From contig NZ_LR593887.1 of NCBI RefSeq assembly GCF_901538355.1, forward strand, positions 1,152,920-1,216,919: DNA of 64,000 bases. Direction: 5' to 3'. Every line of letters starts with the position of its first letter. The stretch's first letter is position 1. A program made the translations under genes and the position numbers. Under the pieces are notes generated by a model. The model searched no databases. It was not told where the DNA came from and worked only from the letters and a program-made list of their open reading frames with translations. This document shows, piece after piece, positions 39,897-50,320 of this stretch. The DNA is from Tuwongella immobilis. Lineage in GTDB: Bacteria > Planctomycetota > Planctomycetia > Gemmatales > Gemmataceae.

Positions 39897-41990
39897 TCAC
39901 ACGGGAGCGATTTCAACGAGGTTATCGAAGAAGGTTGCGCCGCCGCCCAGGTCGGTGATGGCGGTGCTGGTGACGGTGTTGCAGTTGGCTCCATCGGCGG
40001 TGAAGCGGTTCCACCAGATGCCAAATGCGACGACCACTCCCCGCTTGACGCGGTCGCCGATTTGGGCTTTCGCCTGGAATCGCCCACGATCGTTGAAGAT
40101 TCGAACCATCATTCCTTCTTGAATGCCGCGTGCTTCGGCATCCTCGGGGTGGATTTCGACGAACGGCTCCCCAGCATGGCGACGGAGCGAATCGACATTC
40201 ACGAATGTGGAATTCAGGAACGCCGGGGCAGGGGGGCAGATCATTTGCAGGGGATACCGGGCGGCCAGTTCGGGCCGCGTCTGCGGATCTTCATGCGGTG
40301 GAATGTACGTCGGCAGCGGATCGAAGCCCTGTTTGGCGAGTGTCTCGCTGAAGAATTCGCATTTGCCCGAGGGCGTGCCAAAGCCTTTGCCTTCCGCAAA
40401 CGGCAGGAATGTCTCCGGCAGATTGAGTCGGGCCAACCCATCGCGCCGCAATCGCTCCAGGGTGATCCCGGCAAATTCGGGTGCGCCGCCGGATAACGCC
40501 AATTCCACGAGCTGTTCATCCGAAACATCGAACAATTCCGGCTCGAATCCCATCGCCTTCGCCAATCGGCGGAAGATTTCCGTATTCGGCTTGGCTTCGG
40601 CCAACGGCGCAATCGCGGGCTGATTGAGCAGCACATACAGATGCCCATACGATCCATGCAGGTCGAGATGCTCCAACTGCGTGGTCGCAGGCAGCACAAT
40701 ATCGGCGTATTGCACCGTATCCGTGGGAAATTGTTCGAGAACGACCGTGAACAGATCGTCGCGGCGCAGTCCGGCCAGGACTCGGCTTTGATCCGGAGCG
40801 ACGGCTGCCGGGTTGCAGTTGTAGACCACCAGCGCCTTCACCGGCGGGCCGGGCAGTTCGCCGTGCAGCGCCTCCGCCAGTTGCACCATGTTAATGGTGC
40901 GCGTCCCTGGTGGAGATAATTCCGGGCGTTCGAGCGCGGCTTGGTTGAAGGGGAACAATCGACTGGTGCTGAGCATGGCCCCACCGCCGGGATGTCGCCA
41001 ATCGCCGGTGATGGCGGGCAGACAGCAGATGGTTCGCACCGCCATGCCGCCGCCGCCGTGCCGTTGCAGGCCATAATTCAAGCGAATGAGCGCTGGCCCG
41101 CCCCGTTCCCGTTGACTGGTGCCATATTCATTTGCCAGCCGTTCAATATCTTCCACCGGAATGCCCGTGATTTCCGAAACTCGTGACGGTGGATATTCCA
41201 TCGCCCGTTGACGGAGTTCCGGCACACCCAGGCAATAATCATTTAAATACTCACAATCCTCCAGAGAATCGCGGAATAAAATGTGCATGATGCCTAACGC
41301 TAACGCGGCATCCGTCCCCGGTCGAATGGGAATCCACCAATCACTTTTCTGGGCCGTGGGACTACAATAGGGGTCAATGGTCACAATCACCGCCCCCGCT
41401 TTTCGCGCCTGGTGCATGAGAGCCCACAGGTGAGAATTCGTGACAGATGTGTTGGATCCCCAATTGATAATATATCGACTGTTGCGGATCTGTAATGGAT
41501 CAATCACGGGTCGCGCGCCCAATGTGAGTTGGCTGCCAACGGCCCCGGCGGTGGCGCAGATGGTGCGATCGAGTTTGGATGCGCCCAAGCGATGGAAAAA
41601 GCGTCGATCCAGGCCACATTCTTGCAGTTTGCCCATGGTGCCGGCATAGCTGTAGGGCAAAATCGCTTGCGGGCCATCGGGCGATTGCGCGATCGCGGTG
41701 AGCTTCTCGGCAATGATCGCAATCGCATCCTCCCAGGAGATTCGCTCAAAATTCCCGCGGCCTTTCGGTCCGACGCGTCGCAGCGGAAATGGAAGCCGTT
41801 CCGGGTGATAGGTGCGTTCCAGATAGTTGGCCACTTTCAAGCAGAGAAAGCCCCGCGTGTAGGGATGCTCGGGATCGCCGCGCAATTGCACGGCTTGGCC
41901 GTCGTCGTTGACCGAAACCAGCATCGCACAGGTATCCGGGCAATCGTGCGGACAGGCCGCTCGCACGGTGGTCAACGCTTGTCGCTGCAT
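39897..41990 (-). CDS. Molybdopterin-dependent oxidoreductase (MopB superfamily, formate-dehydrogenase-like catalytic subunit)
   Basis: N-terminal 4Fe-4S motif 'CPHDCPDTCAMLV'. 'INWGSNTSVTNSHLW'. C-terminal molydop-binding 'VEIHPEDAEARGIQEGMMVRIFNDRGRF'. Confidence 0.8.
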   Translation of the reverse strand: MQRQALTTVRAACPHDCPDTCAMLVSVNDDGQAVQLRGDPEHPYTRGFLCLKVANYLERTYHPERLPFPLRRVGPKGRGNFERISWEDAIAIIAEKLTAIAQSPDGPQAILPYSYAGTMGKLQECGLDRRFFHRLGASKLDRTICATAGAVGSQLTLGARPVIDPLQIRNSRYIINWGSNTSVTNSHLWALMHQARKAGAVIVTIDPYCSPTAQKSDWWIPIRPGTDAALALGIMHILFRDSLEDCEYLNDYCLGVPELRQRAMEYPPSRVSEITGIPVEDIERLANEYGTSQRERGGPALIRLNYGLQRHGGGGMAVRTICCLPAITGDWRHPGGGAMLSTSRLFPFNQAALERPELSPPGTRTINMVQLAEALHGELPGPPVKALVVYNCNPAAVAPDQSRVLAGLRRDDLFTVVLEQFPTDTVQYADIVLPATTQLEHLDLHGSYGHLYVLLNQPAIAPLAEAKPNTEIFRRLAKAMGFEPELFDVSDEQLVELALSGGAPEFAGITLERLRRDGLARLNLPETFLPFAEGKGFGTPSGKCEFFSETLAKQGFDPLPTYIPPHEDPQTRPELAARYPLQMICPPAPAFLNSTFVNVDSLRRHAGEPFVEIHPEDAEARGIQEGMMVRIFNDRGRFQAKAQIGDRVKRGVVVAFGIWWNRFTADGANCNTVTSTAITDLGGGATFFDNLVEIAPV

Positions 41991-42253
41991 GGATCAAGAC
42001 TCCCAATGGTGGGTGTGATTGCTGGAATTGTAGGCGGACTCTGCTGCGATGTCAGGCGTTTCTGCCACGATTGGCGGCAATTTGTGAATTCCGCGTGAAT
42101 AACGTGTGAGGATCATGCAGAGATTATCATAAAAGTCGTGATGCCCCGCTTGCGAAAGTTAACGCCGTTTCGGATACTAATTCCAACGCGAACCGCAGGA
42201 CGAACGAACGCCTCGCCCCCTACGACGGACAACGACCTGCACGAGGGAACCCC

Positions 42254-44200
42254 ATGCCCGCGCCTGCAACCGTGGCTGATCTGATCGACCTGGTCCGCCG
42301 CAGCCAAATCCTCCCCGAGGATCGGCTCGAACCGGAATTGAGTGCCTTGACCCAATCGGGAGCAATGCCTGTTGCCCCCGATAAGCTGGCGAGTTGGCTG
42401 GTGAAACAAGCCTTGCTCACGCCGTTTCAGGCGCGTCAATTGCTGGCCGGTCGCTGGCGGAGCTTCATGATTGGCGGCAAATACAAGCTGCTCGATCTAC
42501 TCGGGGCCGGGGGGATGGGGGCGGTTTATCTGTGTGAGCATATTTTTATGCAACGGCTGGTCGCCATTAAGGTGCTGCCCGTGCAGAAACTCACCGAACC
42601 GTCGATGCTCGAACGATTCTATCGCGAAGCCCGAGCCGCCGCCGCGCTGAATCATCCCAACATCGTGCGGGCCTTCGACATCGATCAATTCGAGAAGCTG
42701 CATTTTCTCGTCATGGAATATGTCGATGGTGCCAGTCTGCAAGAAATTGTTGGCAAACATGGCCCGTTGAGTGTCGAACGCGCGGCGGATTACATCGCCC
42801 AGACCTGTTCCGGCTTGGCCCATGCCAGCGAAGCGGGAATGGTTCACCGCGATATTAAGCCCGGCAATCTGCTGGTCGATCGGCAAGGGGTGGTGAAGAT
42901 TCTCGATATGGGCTTGGCGCGATTCTTCGGGAATAAAAACGACAGCGTCACCGAAAAATACGATGAACGCAGTGTGCTGGGCACCGCCGATTATCTCGCC
43001 CCGGAACAGGCGTTGAATCAGACGTTGGATATTCGTGCGGACATCTATTCGCTGGGGGCCACCTTCTATTTTCTGCTCAGCGGACAGACGATTTTCCCCG
43101 ATGGAACGATTGCGCAAAAGTTGATCTGGCATCAGAAGAAAGAGCCGCGTTCGATTCGGGAGTTTCGCCCCGATGTGCCCGATGAACTGGCGATGATCCT
43201 CCGCCGAATGCTGGCGAAGAAGCCGAGCGATCGCCCGCAAAATCCCATCGAGATTATCCAAGCACTCAGTCCGTGGCGGACGACGCGAGTAGGCCCGCCG
43301 CCGGAATCCGAGATGCCGAAATTGGCCCCCGCGATTCAGTTGGCCAAACAACAGATGATCGCGCCGCCGCTGCCACCCGAATCGATTAGCACAATCACGC
43401 CGCGGGCCAATCTGCGTGGCTCCTCCCCAGGATTCAACCTGCCGAACACCAGTTCCGGGGTGCGAACGGGGCCGATTTCCAGTCAATCGACACCCGCGAT
43501 GCCAGTGCCGGCGACCGATTTTCCATCGGGCACCCACAAACGGCGTCCCGTGGTGGTGCCGACGTCGGCGGATGCTGAGATCGCCGATGAGTTGCAAGCT
43601 GATAGCGAAGCCGCGGTGCAAGAAACGCTGATGATCCGCCAGGCGGAATTGGACGCTGCCCGAAGCCGCAAGGGGCCGCTGATCGCAATTCTGACTGCGG
43701 TGGTGCTGGTCGCCCTTTTGGGTGGGGGCTGGTTTGCCTATCAGACGGGGATGATTCCCGGCTTCTCGCCGCTGAATCGACCGTTCCCCACCGGACTTGC
43801 GGCCACGCCCACGAATGCCGCTGGTGCCGCTGGTGCCGCTGCCACACCGACCGGTGGCGCGGAAATGAAAGTGAACGGTAAGAACGTGCTCGCCTCGAAA
43901 ATGGCCGACCGCGATGGCGAAGATGCCACCATCGAAATGCAAATCGTCAACACCGGGGGCGATAGCAATTTGTATTTGAATACGGAGACGAATTTTCGGT
44001 CTCCGACGAATTTCGCGATCAAACTTCCCATCGATGTGCAAAATCAATTCCTGATGGAACTCAATTTGCCCGATCGGGCCGAATTGGAAGCGTATTTCGC
44101 CAACAAGCGAATCGAAGTGGTCGGCAAAGTGCGCAAAGATCGCTACGGTGTCAGCATCACGTTGGACAGTGCCAAGCAGTTGAAAGTCTTGATGGAATGA
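42254..44200 (+). CDS. Ser/Thr protein kinase with C-terminal TM and extracytoplasmic domain
   Basis: 'LGAGGMGAVYL', 'VAIKVL', 'HRDIKPGNLLV', 'DMGLARF', 'GTADYLAPEQ'. TM helix 'LIAILTAVVLVALLGGGWF'. About 150-aa C-terminal domain. Confidence 0.85.
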   Translation: MPAPATVADLIDLVRRSQILPEDRLEPELSALTQSGAMPVAPDKLASWLVKQALLTPFQARQLLAGRWRSFMIGGKYKLLDLLGAGGMGAVYLCEHIFMQRLVAIKVLPVQKLTEPSMLERFYREARAAAALNHPNIVRAFDIDQFEKLHFLVMEYVDGASLQEIVGKHGPLSVERAADYIAQTCSGLAHASEAGMVHRDIKPGNLLVDRQGVVKILDMGLARFFGNKNDSVTEKYDERSVLGTADYLAPEQALNQTLDIRADIYSLGATFYFLLSGQTIFPDGTIAQKLIWHQKKEPRSIREFRPDVPDELAMILRRMLAKKPSDRPQNPIEIIQALSPWRTTRVGPPPESEMPKLAPAIQLAKQQMIAPPLPPESISTITPRANLRGSSPGFNLPNTSSGVRTGPISSQSTPAMPVPATDFPSGTHKRRPVVVPTSADAEIADELQADSEAAVQETLMIRQAELDAARSRKGPLIAILTAVVLVALLGGGWFAYQTGMIPGFSPLNRPFPTGLAATPTNAAGAAGAAATPTGGAEMKVNGKNVLASKMADRDGEDATIEMQIVNTGGDSNLYLNTETNFRSPTNFAIKLPIDVQNQFLMELNLPDRAELEAYFANKRIEVVGKVRKDRYGVSITLDSAKQLKVLME

Positions 44201-44518
44201 TGCGATTGCTGGTCTGATTCCAAGGCAGGGAATACGGCTGGTTGAATGGCGGCTATTTCGCCGGTTCTAACGATTGGGGTTCGCAAACCAACTCGGCGGG
44301 TTGTCGCAATTTTTCGATGCACTCTTGCAAAGTTTGCTTCATCCTGCCACACTTGGTGAATAGACGGTGAGTGTGTCGGATGGATGTGGACTCTCACCTT
44401 CCCCCAACGAGCTTTGGTTGCCGATGTGCCAATCACAGTCGGTCACAATTGGGGCCCATCGGAATTATGGTTTCAGGATGGTTTCGCCCTCTCGGTGATG
44501 CTACGGAAAGGTAGGCCG

Positions 44519-47227
44519 ATGCCTGCTCCCGCGACTGTCCAGGAATTTCTGGAACTGGTTCAGAAAAGTGGCGTCGTCGATGAAGGTCGGCTGAAAAGCT
44601 ACCTGACGCAACTCAAGGCGGGGAACCAGATTCCGGCAGAACCGAATCGATTCGCAGGTCTGCTGATCCGCGAAGGCATCCTCACCCATTTCCAAGCGGA
44701 ACAATTCCTGCAAGGCCGTTGGAAACGCTTCCACATTGGCCGCTATAAAGTCTTGGAACGCCTCGGCGCTGGCGGCATGGGCCAGGTCTTTCTCTGCGAA
44801 CACAAGTTGATGCGCCGCCGCGTCGCCGTCAAAGTGTTGCCCACCAACAAAGCCGACGATCAATCCTCGCTGGAACGCTTCTACCGCGAAGCCCGCGCGG
44901 TCGCCGCACTCGATCATCCCAATATCGTTCGAGCATTCGATATCGATACGGACGAGAATCTGCACTTTCTCGTCATGGAATATGTCGATGGTTCGTCGAT
45001 TCAGGACATCGTCAAAAAATTCGGGCCGATGGATGTGCTGCGCTCCTGCCATTATATTTCGCAGGCCGCTCAAGGGTTGCAGCATGCTCACGAATCCGGC
45101 CTCGTGCATCGCGACATCAAGCCCGGCAACCTGCTGATCGACCGCGCTGGGGTGATGAAGATCCTCGACATGGGGCTGGCGCGCTTTTTCCACGATGAAG
45201 AAGACATCATCACCAAGCGATACGATGAAAACGTGTTGGGCACCGCCGACTATCTCGCACCCGAACAAGTGGTCGATAGTCACAGTGTGGATATTCGTGC
45301 CGACATTTATTCGCTGGGTGCGACATTCTACTTTATGCTCACGGGGAGTCCGCCGTTCCATGAAGGCTCGGTTGCCCAGAAGCTGATCTACCACCAAACC
45401 AAAGAGCCGCGGCCAATTGGCACGCTGCGCCCGGAAGTTCCGCCCGAACTCATCCAGGTGGTGCAGCGGATGATGACCAAAGATCCCACGCATCGCTTTC
45501 AAGTGCCCAATGATGTCATCGATGCCCTAGCACCGTTTGTGCAAGTGCCGATTGCGATTCCGCCGGATAAGGAAATGCCGCAACTCTGCTTGGCTGCTCA
45601 GGGACAAAATCCCATGCCGCCAGCACCGCCACCAACGGGCCGCCCGACGATGGCCGCGCCTGCTCCGCCACCGCGCTCAAATCCGGGTGTGCGTCCGATG
45701 GCGACGCCGTCGCAGGCCGAAATTGGGCCGCCGATGACGCCGCGACCCGCGCAGCAGATGCCGCCGCAAATGGCCCCACGGCCCAAACCGCCCCAACCGC
45801 AACTGCGGCCTGCTTCGCAGCCGGGAGCGCCGACGGCTCCCCAACGCCCCGCGCCGCAACAGCCGTTGCCCGTGAGTGATCCGTATCAACCGGTGTGGGA
45901 AAATCTCACCGATACGGCCGATCCCTCGCGTGGCGATACCGACCGTTCGACACCGCCGCTGCGCCCGGAAAGTGGCATGGCATTCCCCATGAGCTCCGGT
46001 GGCTTTCCGGCGGTGGCACCCACCGCGACCGCCTCCCCGCCCGCTCCCAAGAGCAATCCCGGTCCCGGAATCATCGCCTGGCTGCGAGCGCGACCACTGG
46101 TGATCGGCCTGGGCGCGGTCGTCTTGCTGACCATCGTCGCCGTTGCGCTCATGCTCAACCGCAACGACCGCAAGCCGGGAGTGAACGCGGCTCCGAATCA
46201 GGCACTCGTTGGCCCAGGTGGGCAATTTGCGACCCTGCGGGAAGCGATCGAAAAACGCAAACCCGAGCAAAAAGAACTGCTGCTTCTGGGCGATCTCAAC
46301 GAAGGGCCAATCCGCCTTTCGGGGGCCAACTCCGAAGGCTTGGTCATTCGCCCGATGGATCCCGCTCGCACAATTGTTTGGTCGACGGGGAGTTCGAGCG
46401 CCAATGACTTTCTCTTGACGCTGCGCGAAATGCGCAATTTGCGCATCAGCGGCATCGAATTCCGAATCGGCGACAAGATGAAGGGCGGCATCAGCATCTA
46501 CGGTGTCAGCCCAGGATTGGTGCTGGAGAATATCACCATCACCGGTGGCAAAGAATCGTCGCTGCTGCTCAGTTGCCAAGGCAGCGTCGATTCCCCCGTG
46601 TTGATTCGCAAATCGACGATCCGTCAGCCGGGAAGCAAGGCTGCGGTCGAATTTTCATCGGGTGTAAGTTTTGTGCAGTTGCATGATTGTAAGCTGATTG
46701 GTGATCGCGATCGCACGGAATCCGGCGTCTACTTCATGGGATCCTTCAACGAAGTGGAACTGGCGCGCTTGCGTGTCTATCAATTCTCGCATGGGGTGAT
46801 GATCCCATCGCTGAATGATAAATCGCCGAAGAAAAATTTACTTCTCCGCGAAAGTACGTTTAGCGAAATGAAAGAAGCTGGCTTGAGCGTGGCGGAAATG
46901 ACGCAACCCGTTTCCCCCAGCGTCAGCCTCACCCTGACGGCCAACTATTTCCATAAGTCGCGTGCGGTGGTGCGTTATACCTCGGCACGAGGCGTCTGGA
47001 AATCGGGGATGGAGATTCGTGGGGAACGCAATGCCCGCGACTCCGAAACCAAGCCAGTCGAGGCGAGCATTCAGAATCCCAACAATGCCAAGCCGGAAGA
47101 TCTGCTCGCATTGGTGACGATTCCAGCGGCGCTAACCACCGATCCCACCAACGACCGATTCCTTCTCGCGGAACCGGGCAGCCCGTTGGAACAATCTGGG
47201 AGCGGTGTACCGAGCAAATCCCCCTAA
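44519..47227 (+). CDS. Ser/Thr protein kinase paralog with Pro-rich linker, TM helix and C-terminal right-handed beta-helix-like domain
   Basis: N-terminus 'MPAPATVQEFLELV' mirrors the upstream kinase 'MPAPATVADLIDLV'. Full kinase motif set. TM 'LVIGLGAVVLLTIVAVALML'. C-terminal 'ENITITGGKESSLLLSCQGS...' pectate-lyase-like repeats. Confidence 0.8.
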   Translation: MPAPATVQEFLELVQKSGVVDEGRLKSYLTQLKAGNQIPAEPNRFAGLLIREGILTHFQAEQFLQGRWKRFHIGRYKVLERLGAGGMGQVFLCEHKLMRRRVAVKVLPTNKADDQSSLERFYREARAVAALDHPNIVRAFDIDTDENLHFLVMEYVDGSSIQDIVKKFGPMDVLRSCHYISQAAQGLQHAHESGLVHRDIKPGNLLIDRAGVMKILDMGLARFFHDEEDIITKRYDENVLGTADYLAPEQVVDSHSVDIRADIYSLGATFYFMLTGSPPFHEGSVAQKLIYHQTKEPRPIGTLRPEVPPELIQVVQRMMTKDPTHRFQVPNDVIDALAPFVQVPIAIPPDKEMPQLCLAAQGQNPMPPAPPPTGRPTMAAPAPPPRSNPGVRPMATPSQAEIGPPMTPRPAQQMPPQMAPRPKPPQPQLRPASQPGAPTAPQRPAPQQPLPVSDPYQPVWENLTDTADPSRGDTDRSTPPLRPESGMAFPMSSGGFPAVAPTATASPPAPKSNPGPGIIAWLRARPLVIGLGAVVLLTIVAVALMLNRNDRKPGVNAAPNQALVGPGGQFATLREAIEKRKPEQKELLLLGDLNEGPIRLSGANSEGLVIRPMDPARTIVWSTGSSSANDFLLTLREMRNLRISGIEFRIGDKMKGGISIYGVSPGLVLENITITGGKESSLLLSCQGSVDSPVLIRKSTIRQPGSKAAVEFSSGVSFVQLHDCKLIGDRDRTESGVYFMGSFNEVELARLRVYQFSHGVMIPSLNDKSPKKNLLLRESTFSEMKEAGLSVAEMTQPVSPSVSLTLTANYFHKSRAVVRYTSARGVWKSGMEIRGERNARDSETKPVEASIQNPNNAKPEDLLALVTIPAALTTDPTNDRFLLAEPGSPLEQSGSGVPSKSP

Positions 47228-47309
47228 TGATTCCAGGGGGAGATTGGTCGATTGATTTTGCGGGTTCGGCAGAGTTTGCGGGCAAATCGACGGGGATTCC
47301 TCGTGCCGC

Positions 47310-47338
47310 TTGACCCTCTCTGCCGGGTTGCTTAAAAT
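47310..47338 (+). promoter_or_regulatory. Candidate sigma70-type promoter (TTGACC-17-TAAAAT) for clpC with a leader of roughly 340 nt
   Basis: TTGACC at 47310..47315, 17-nt spacer, TAAAAT at 47333..47338. Lies in a 460-bp non-coding gap upstream of clpC. Confidence 0.4.
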
Positions 47339-47688
47339 GCCCCAGACTTTACTCGAACATCTTCGCCACGACGGCTGCACACCCAACCGAACGGCACGCA
47401 CCTGGTTCCTCTCTCTTCCAGGTACCCGCGTTGCCGAAGCGCGAGAGGTGAATCGGAAGTGATTCCGATGGAGGTTCATCGGTCTGAATCCAGACCGCAA
47501 CATCCAAAAACCTCCCGATTGCTTGCAGAACGTCGCGGCCGACTTGGAACGAGGGTCGCAGAGTGCGTATGATGTGTTTGGAGCGTCCCACGAATTCCCC
47601 CTTACGGTGAAGGCGTACCGTTCCTGGCCTATCCCGGATTGATTCCTCATTACGGGGATTGAATCTCGGTTTGTCGGAGATGCCTTGC

Positions 47689-50232
47689 ATGTATGAACGC
47701 TTTACAGACCGTGCCCGCAAAGTGATGCAGCTAGCCAATCAGGAGGCTCAGCGGTTCAATCACGAATACATCGGCACGGAGCATATCCTGCTGGGGCTGG
47801 TCAAAGAAGGGTCCGGGGTCGCGGCCAACGTCCTGAAAAATTTGGACATCGACCTGCGTAAAATCCGGTTGGAAGTGGAAAAGATCGTCCAAACCGGCCC
47901 TGGCTCGGACATGGTGACCATGGGGAAACTTCCCCACACCCCCCGTGCCAAAAAGGTGATCGATTATTCGATCGAAGAAGCTCGGAACCTGAACCACAAT
48001 TATGTGGGCACTGAGCACCTGCTCCTGGGTCTGCTCCGGGAACAGGAAGGAGTCGCTGCCCAAGTTCTGATGAACCTGGGACTGAAGCTGGAAGACGTTC
48101 GAGAAGAAGTCTTGACTCTACTGGGGCACAACATGCCAGACTCGAGCGAAAGCAGCGGCGGCGGGGCCGAACGCTCCGCAAGCAAGAGCAAGTCCAAGAC
48201 GCCCGCGCTCGATTCCTTTGGCCGCGACCTGACCGAACTCGCCCGTCAGGGCAAGCTCGACCCGGTGATCGGCCGAGCGAACGAAATCGAACGCGTCGTG
48301 CAAGTGCTCAGCCGCCGCACCAAGAATAACCCGGTGCTGCTGGGGGAAGCCGGCGTTGGCAAAACCGCCATCGTCGAAGGCTTGGCCCAATTGGTGATCG
48401 ATAGCAATGTCCCGGAATTGCTCCGCGATCGCCGCATCGTCGTGCTCGACTTGGCCATGATGGTTGCCGGCACCAAATACCGCGGGCAGTTCGAAGAACG
48501 CATCAAAGCGGTCATGAACGAAGTCCGCCGGGCCAAAAACACCATCCTGTTCATCGACGAACTGCACACGCTGGTCGGTGCCGGTGGGGCCGAAGGCGCA
48601 ATCGACGCCTCCAACGTCCTCAAGCCCGCATTGGCCCGTGGCGAAATTCAGTGCATCGGTGCGACCACGCTCGATGAATACCGCAAATACATCGAAAAAG
48701 ACGCTGCACTCGCACGTCGGTTCCAAGAAGTGATTGTCAATCCGCCATCGAAAGATGAAGCGATTGAGATCCTCAAGGGGCTGCGAGACCGCTACGAATC
48801 GCACCATCGCGTGCAAATCAGCGATGATGCCCTTCGTTCGGCTGTCGAGCTTTCGGATCGGTATATCTCGGGTCGTTGCCTGCCGGACAAGGCGATCGAC
48901 GTGATCGACGAAGCCGGTGCCCGGGTGCGACTCAAGGGGATGACTCGGCCGCCAGACCTCAAGGAAATCGACGAAGAAATCGAACGCCTGAACCAAGAAA
49001 AGGAACAGGCCGTTTCCGAACAGGACTTCGAGAAGGCCGCCCACCTGCGTGACCAAGCCGAGAAGGCCAAAAAACGCAAGGAACAACTCCAACGGGAATG
49101 GCGCGAGAAGGCCAAGGAAAACGAAGGCGTTGTCGACGAAGAAGTGATCGCCGAGGTCGTCAGCAAGATGACCGGTGTGCCGCTGAAGCGTCTGGAAGAC
49201 AACGAAACCCAACGATTGCTCCAGATGGAAGACGAGCTGCACCGCACCGTCGTCAGCCAGCATGAAGCGATCACCGCGGTGTCGAAGTACGTTCGCAAGA
49301 GCCGCGCGGGCCTCAAAGATCCGCGTCGCCCCATCGGGTCGTTCATCTTCGCTGGCCCCACCGGCGTCGGTAAGACGTTGCTGGCCAAGAAGTTGGCGCA
49401 ATTCATGTTCGGCGACGAGAACGCCATGGTGCAAATCGACATGTCGGAGTACATGGAGAAGCACAACGTCTCGCGCCTGCTGGGTGCCCCGCCGGGCTAC
49501 ATCGGCTACGAAGAAGGCGGTCAGCTCACCGAGAAGATCCGCCGCCGACCGTACTCGATCGTTCTGCTGGACGAAATCGAAAAGGCCCACCCCGACGTCT
49601 GGAACATGCTGCTCCAGATCATGGAAGAAGGCCGGCTCACCGACAGCGTCGGCCGTACCGTCGACTTCAAGAATACCATTCTGATCATGACCACCAACAT
49701 TGGTGCGGATCAGATCATTGGACGGCCGAGCATCACCGACATCCTGCGTCCTCGCAACGAAGAAGCGAGCTACGAACGGATGAAGGACGTGCTCCGCGAT
49801 GAACTCCATCGGAACTTCCGACCGGAATTCATCAACCGTGTCGATGACATCATCGTCTTCCGGCCGCTGACCCGCACCGATTTGACGCATGTGATCGACA
49901 TCGAACTGGCCAAGGTTTCCAAGCGGCTGGCGGAGAAGAACCTCAAGCTGGTTCTCACCGACGAAGCCAAGGAACTGCTCATCAACAAGGGCACCAGCTT
50001 GGAATTCGGGGCACGGCCGTTACGCCGAGCCATCGAAAATCTGTTGGAAGATCCGCTCTCCGAAGAATTGCTGCGAGGCAATTTCGCTGGCAAAGACATC
50101 GTCACCGCCAAGGTGATCGAAGTCGATGGCGATAAGCGGATATCGTTGGAAGCGACCAACAAGCCCGAAGCGGAATTGGTCGAAGCAGCCCCAGCGGCTC
50201 AGCCCAGCGAAGGCGGCGACGCGGCGAAGTGA
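47689..50232 (+). CDS. clpC: ATP-dependent Clp protease ATP-binding subunit ClpC
   Basis: Double Clp-N repeats ('GTEHILLGL', 'GTEHLLLGL'). Two AAA+ modules ('[15 protein letters not shown]', '[12 protein letters not shown]'). UVR-like motif between them. ClpB/C signature '[13 protein letters not shown]'. Confidence 0.9.
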   Translation: MYERFTDRARKVMQLANQEAQRFNHEYIGTEHILLGLVKEGSGVAANVLKNLDIDLRKIRLEVEKIVQTGPGSDMVTMGKLPHTPRAKKVIDYSIEEARNLNHNYVGTEHLLLGLLREQEGVAAQVLMNLGLKLEDVREEVLTLLGHNMPDSSESSGGGAERSASKSKSKTPALDSFGRDLTELARQGKLDPVIGRANEIERVVQVLSRRTKNNPVLLGEAGVGKTAIVEGLAQLVIDSNVPELLRDRRIVVLDLAMMVAGTKYRGQFEERIKAVMNEVRRAKNTILFIDELHTLVGAGGAEGAIDASNVLKPALARGEIQCIGATTLDEYRKYIEKDAALARRFQEVIVNPPSKDEAIEILKGLRDRYESHHRVQISDDALRSAVELSDRYISGRCLPDKAIDVIDEAGARVRLKGMTRPPDLKEIDEEIERLNQEKEQAVSEQDFEKAAHLRDQAEKAKKRKEQLQREWREKAKENEGVVDEEVIAEVVSKMTGVPLKRLEDNETQRLLQMEDELHRTVVSQHEAITAVSKYVRKSRAGLKDPRRPIGSFIFAGPTGVGKTLLAKKLAQFMFGDENAMVQIDMSEYMEKHNVSRLLGAPPGYIGYEEGGQLTEKIRRRPYSIVLLDEIEKAHPDVWNMLLQIMEEGRLTDSVGRTVDFKNTILIMTTNIGADQIIGRPSITDILRPRNEEASYERMKDVLRDELHRNFRPEFINRVDDIIVFRPLTRTDLTHVIDIELAKVSKRLAEKNLKLVLTDEAKELLINKGTSLEFGARPLRRAIENLLEDPLSEELLRGNFAGKDIVTAKVIEVDGDKRISLEATNKPEAELVEAAPAAQPSEGGDAAK

Positions 50233-50259
50233 TTCGCTTGCTAACGGATTGAATTGATC

Positions 50260-50312
50260 ATAACCGTTGATGGTGGAACTCGTTTCCCCATCAACGGTTA
50301 TGTCATTTTTGG
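50260..50312 (+). terminator. Strong rho-independent terminator after clpC
   Basis: Perfect 14-bp stem ATAACCGTTGATGG / CCATCAACGGTTAT, 14-nt loop, then GTCATTTTTGG. Confidence 0.7.
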
Positions 50313-50320
50313 AATGGATT

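Noticed and set aside
44501-45502. 333-aa minus-strand ORF
   Set aside because: Antisense to the second Ser/Thr kinase.
48118-49890. 590-aa minus-strand ORF
   Set aside because: Antisense to clpC.
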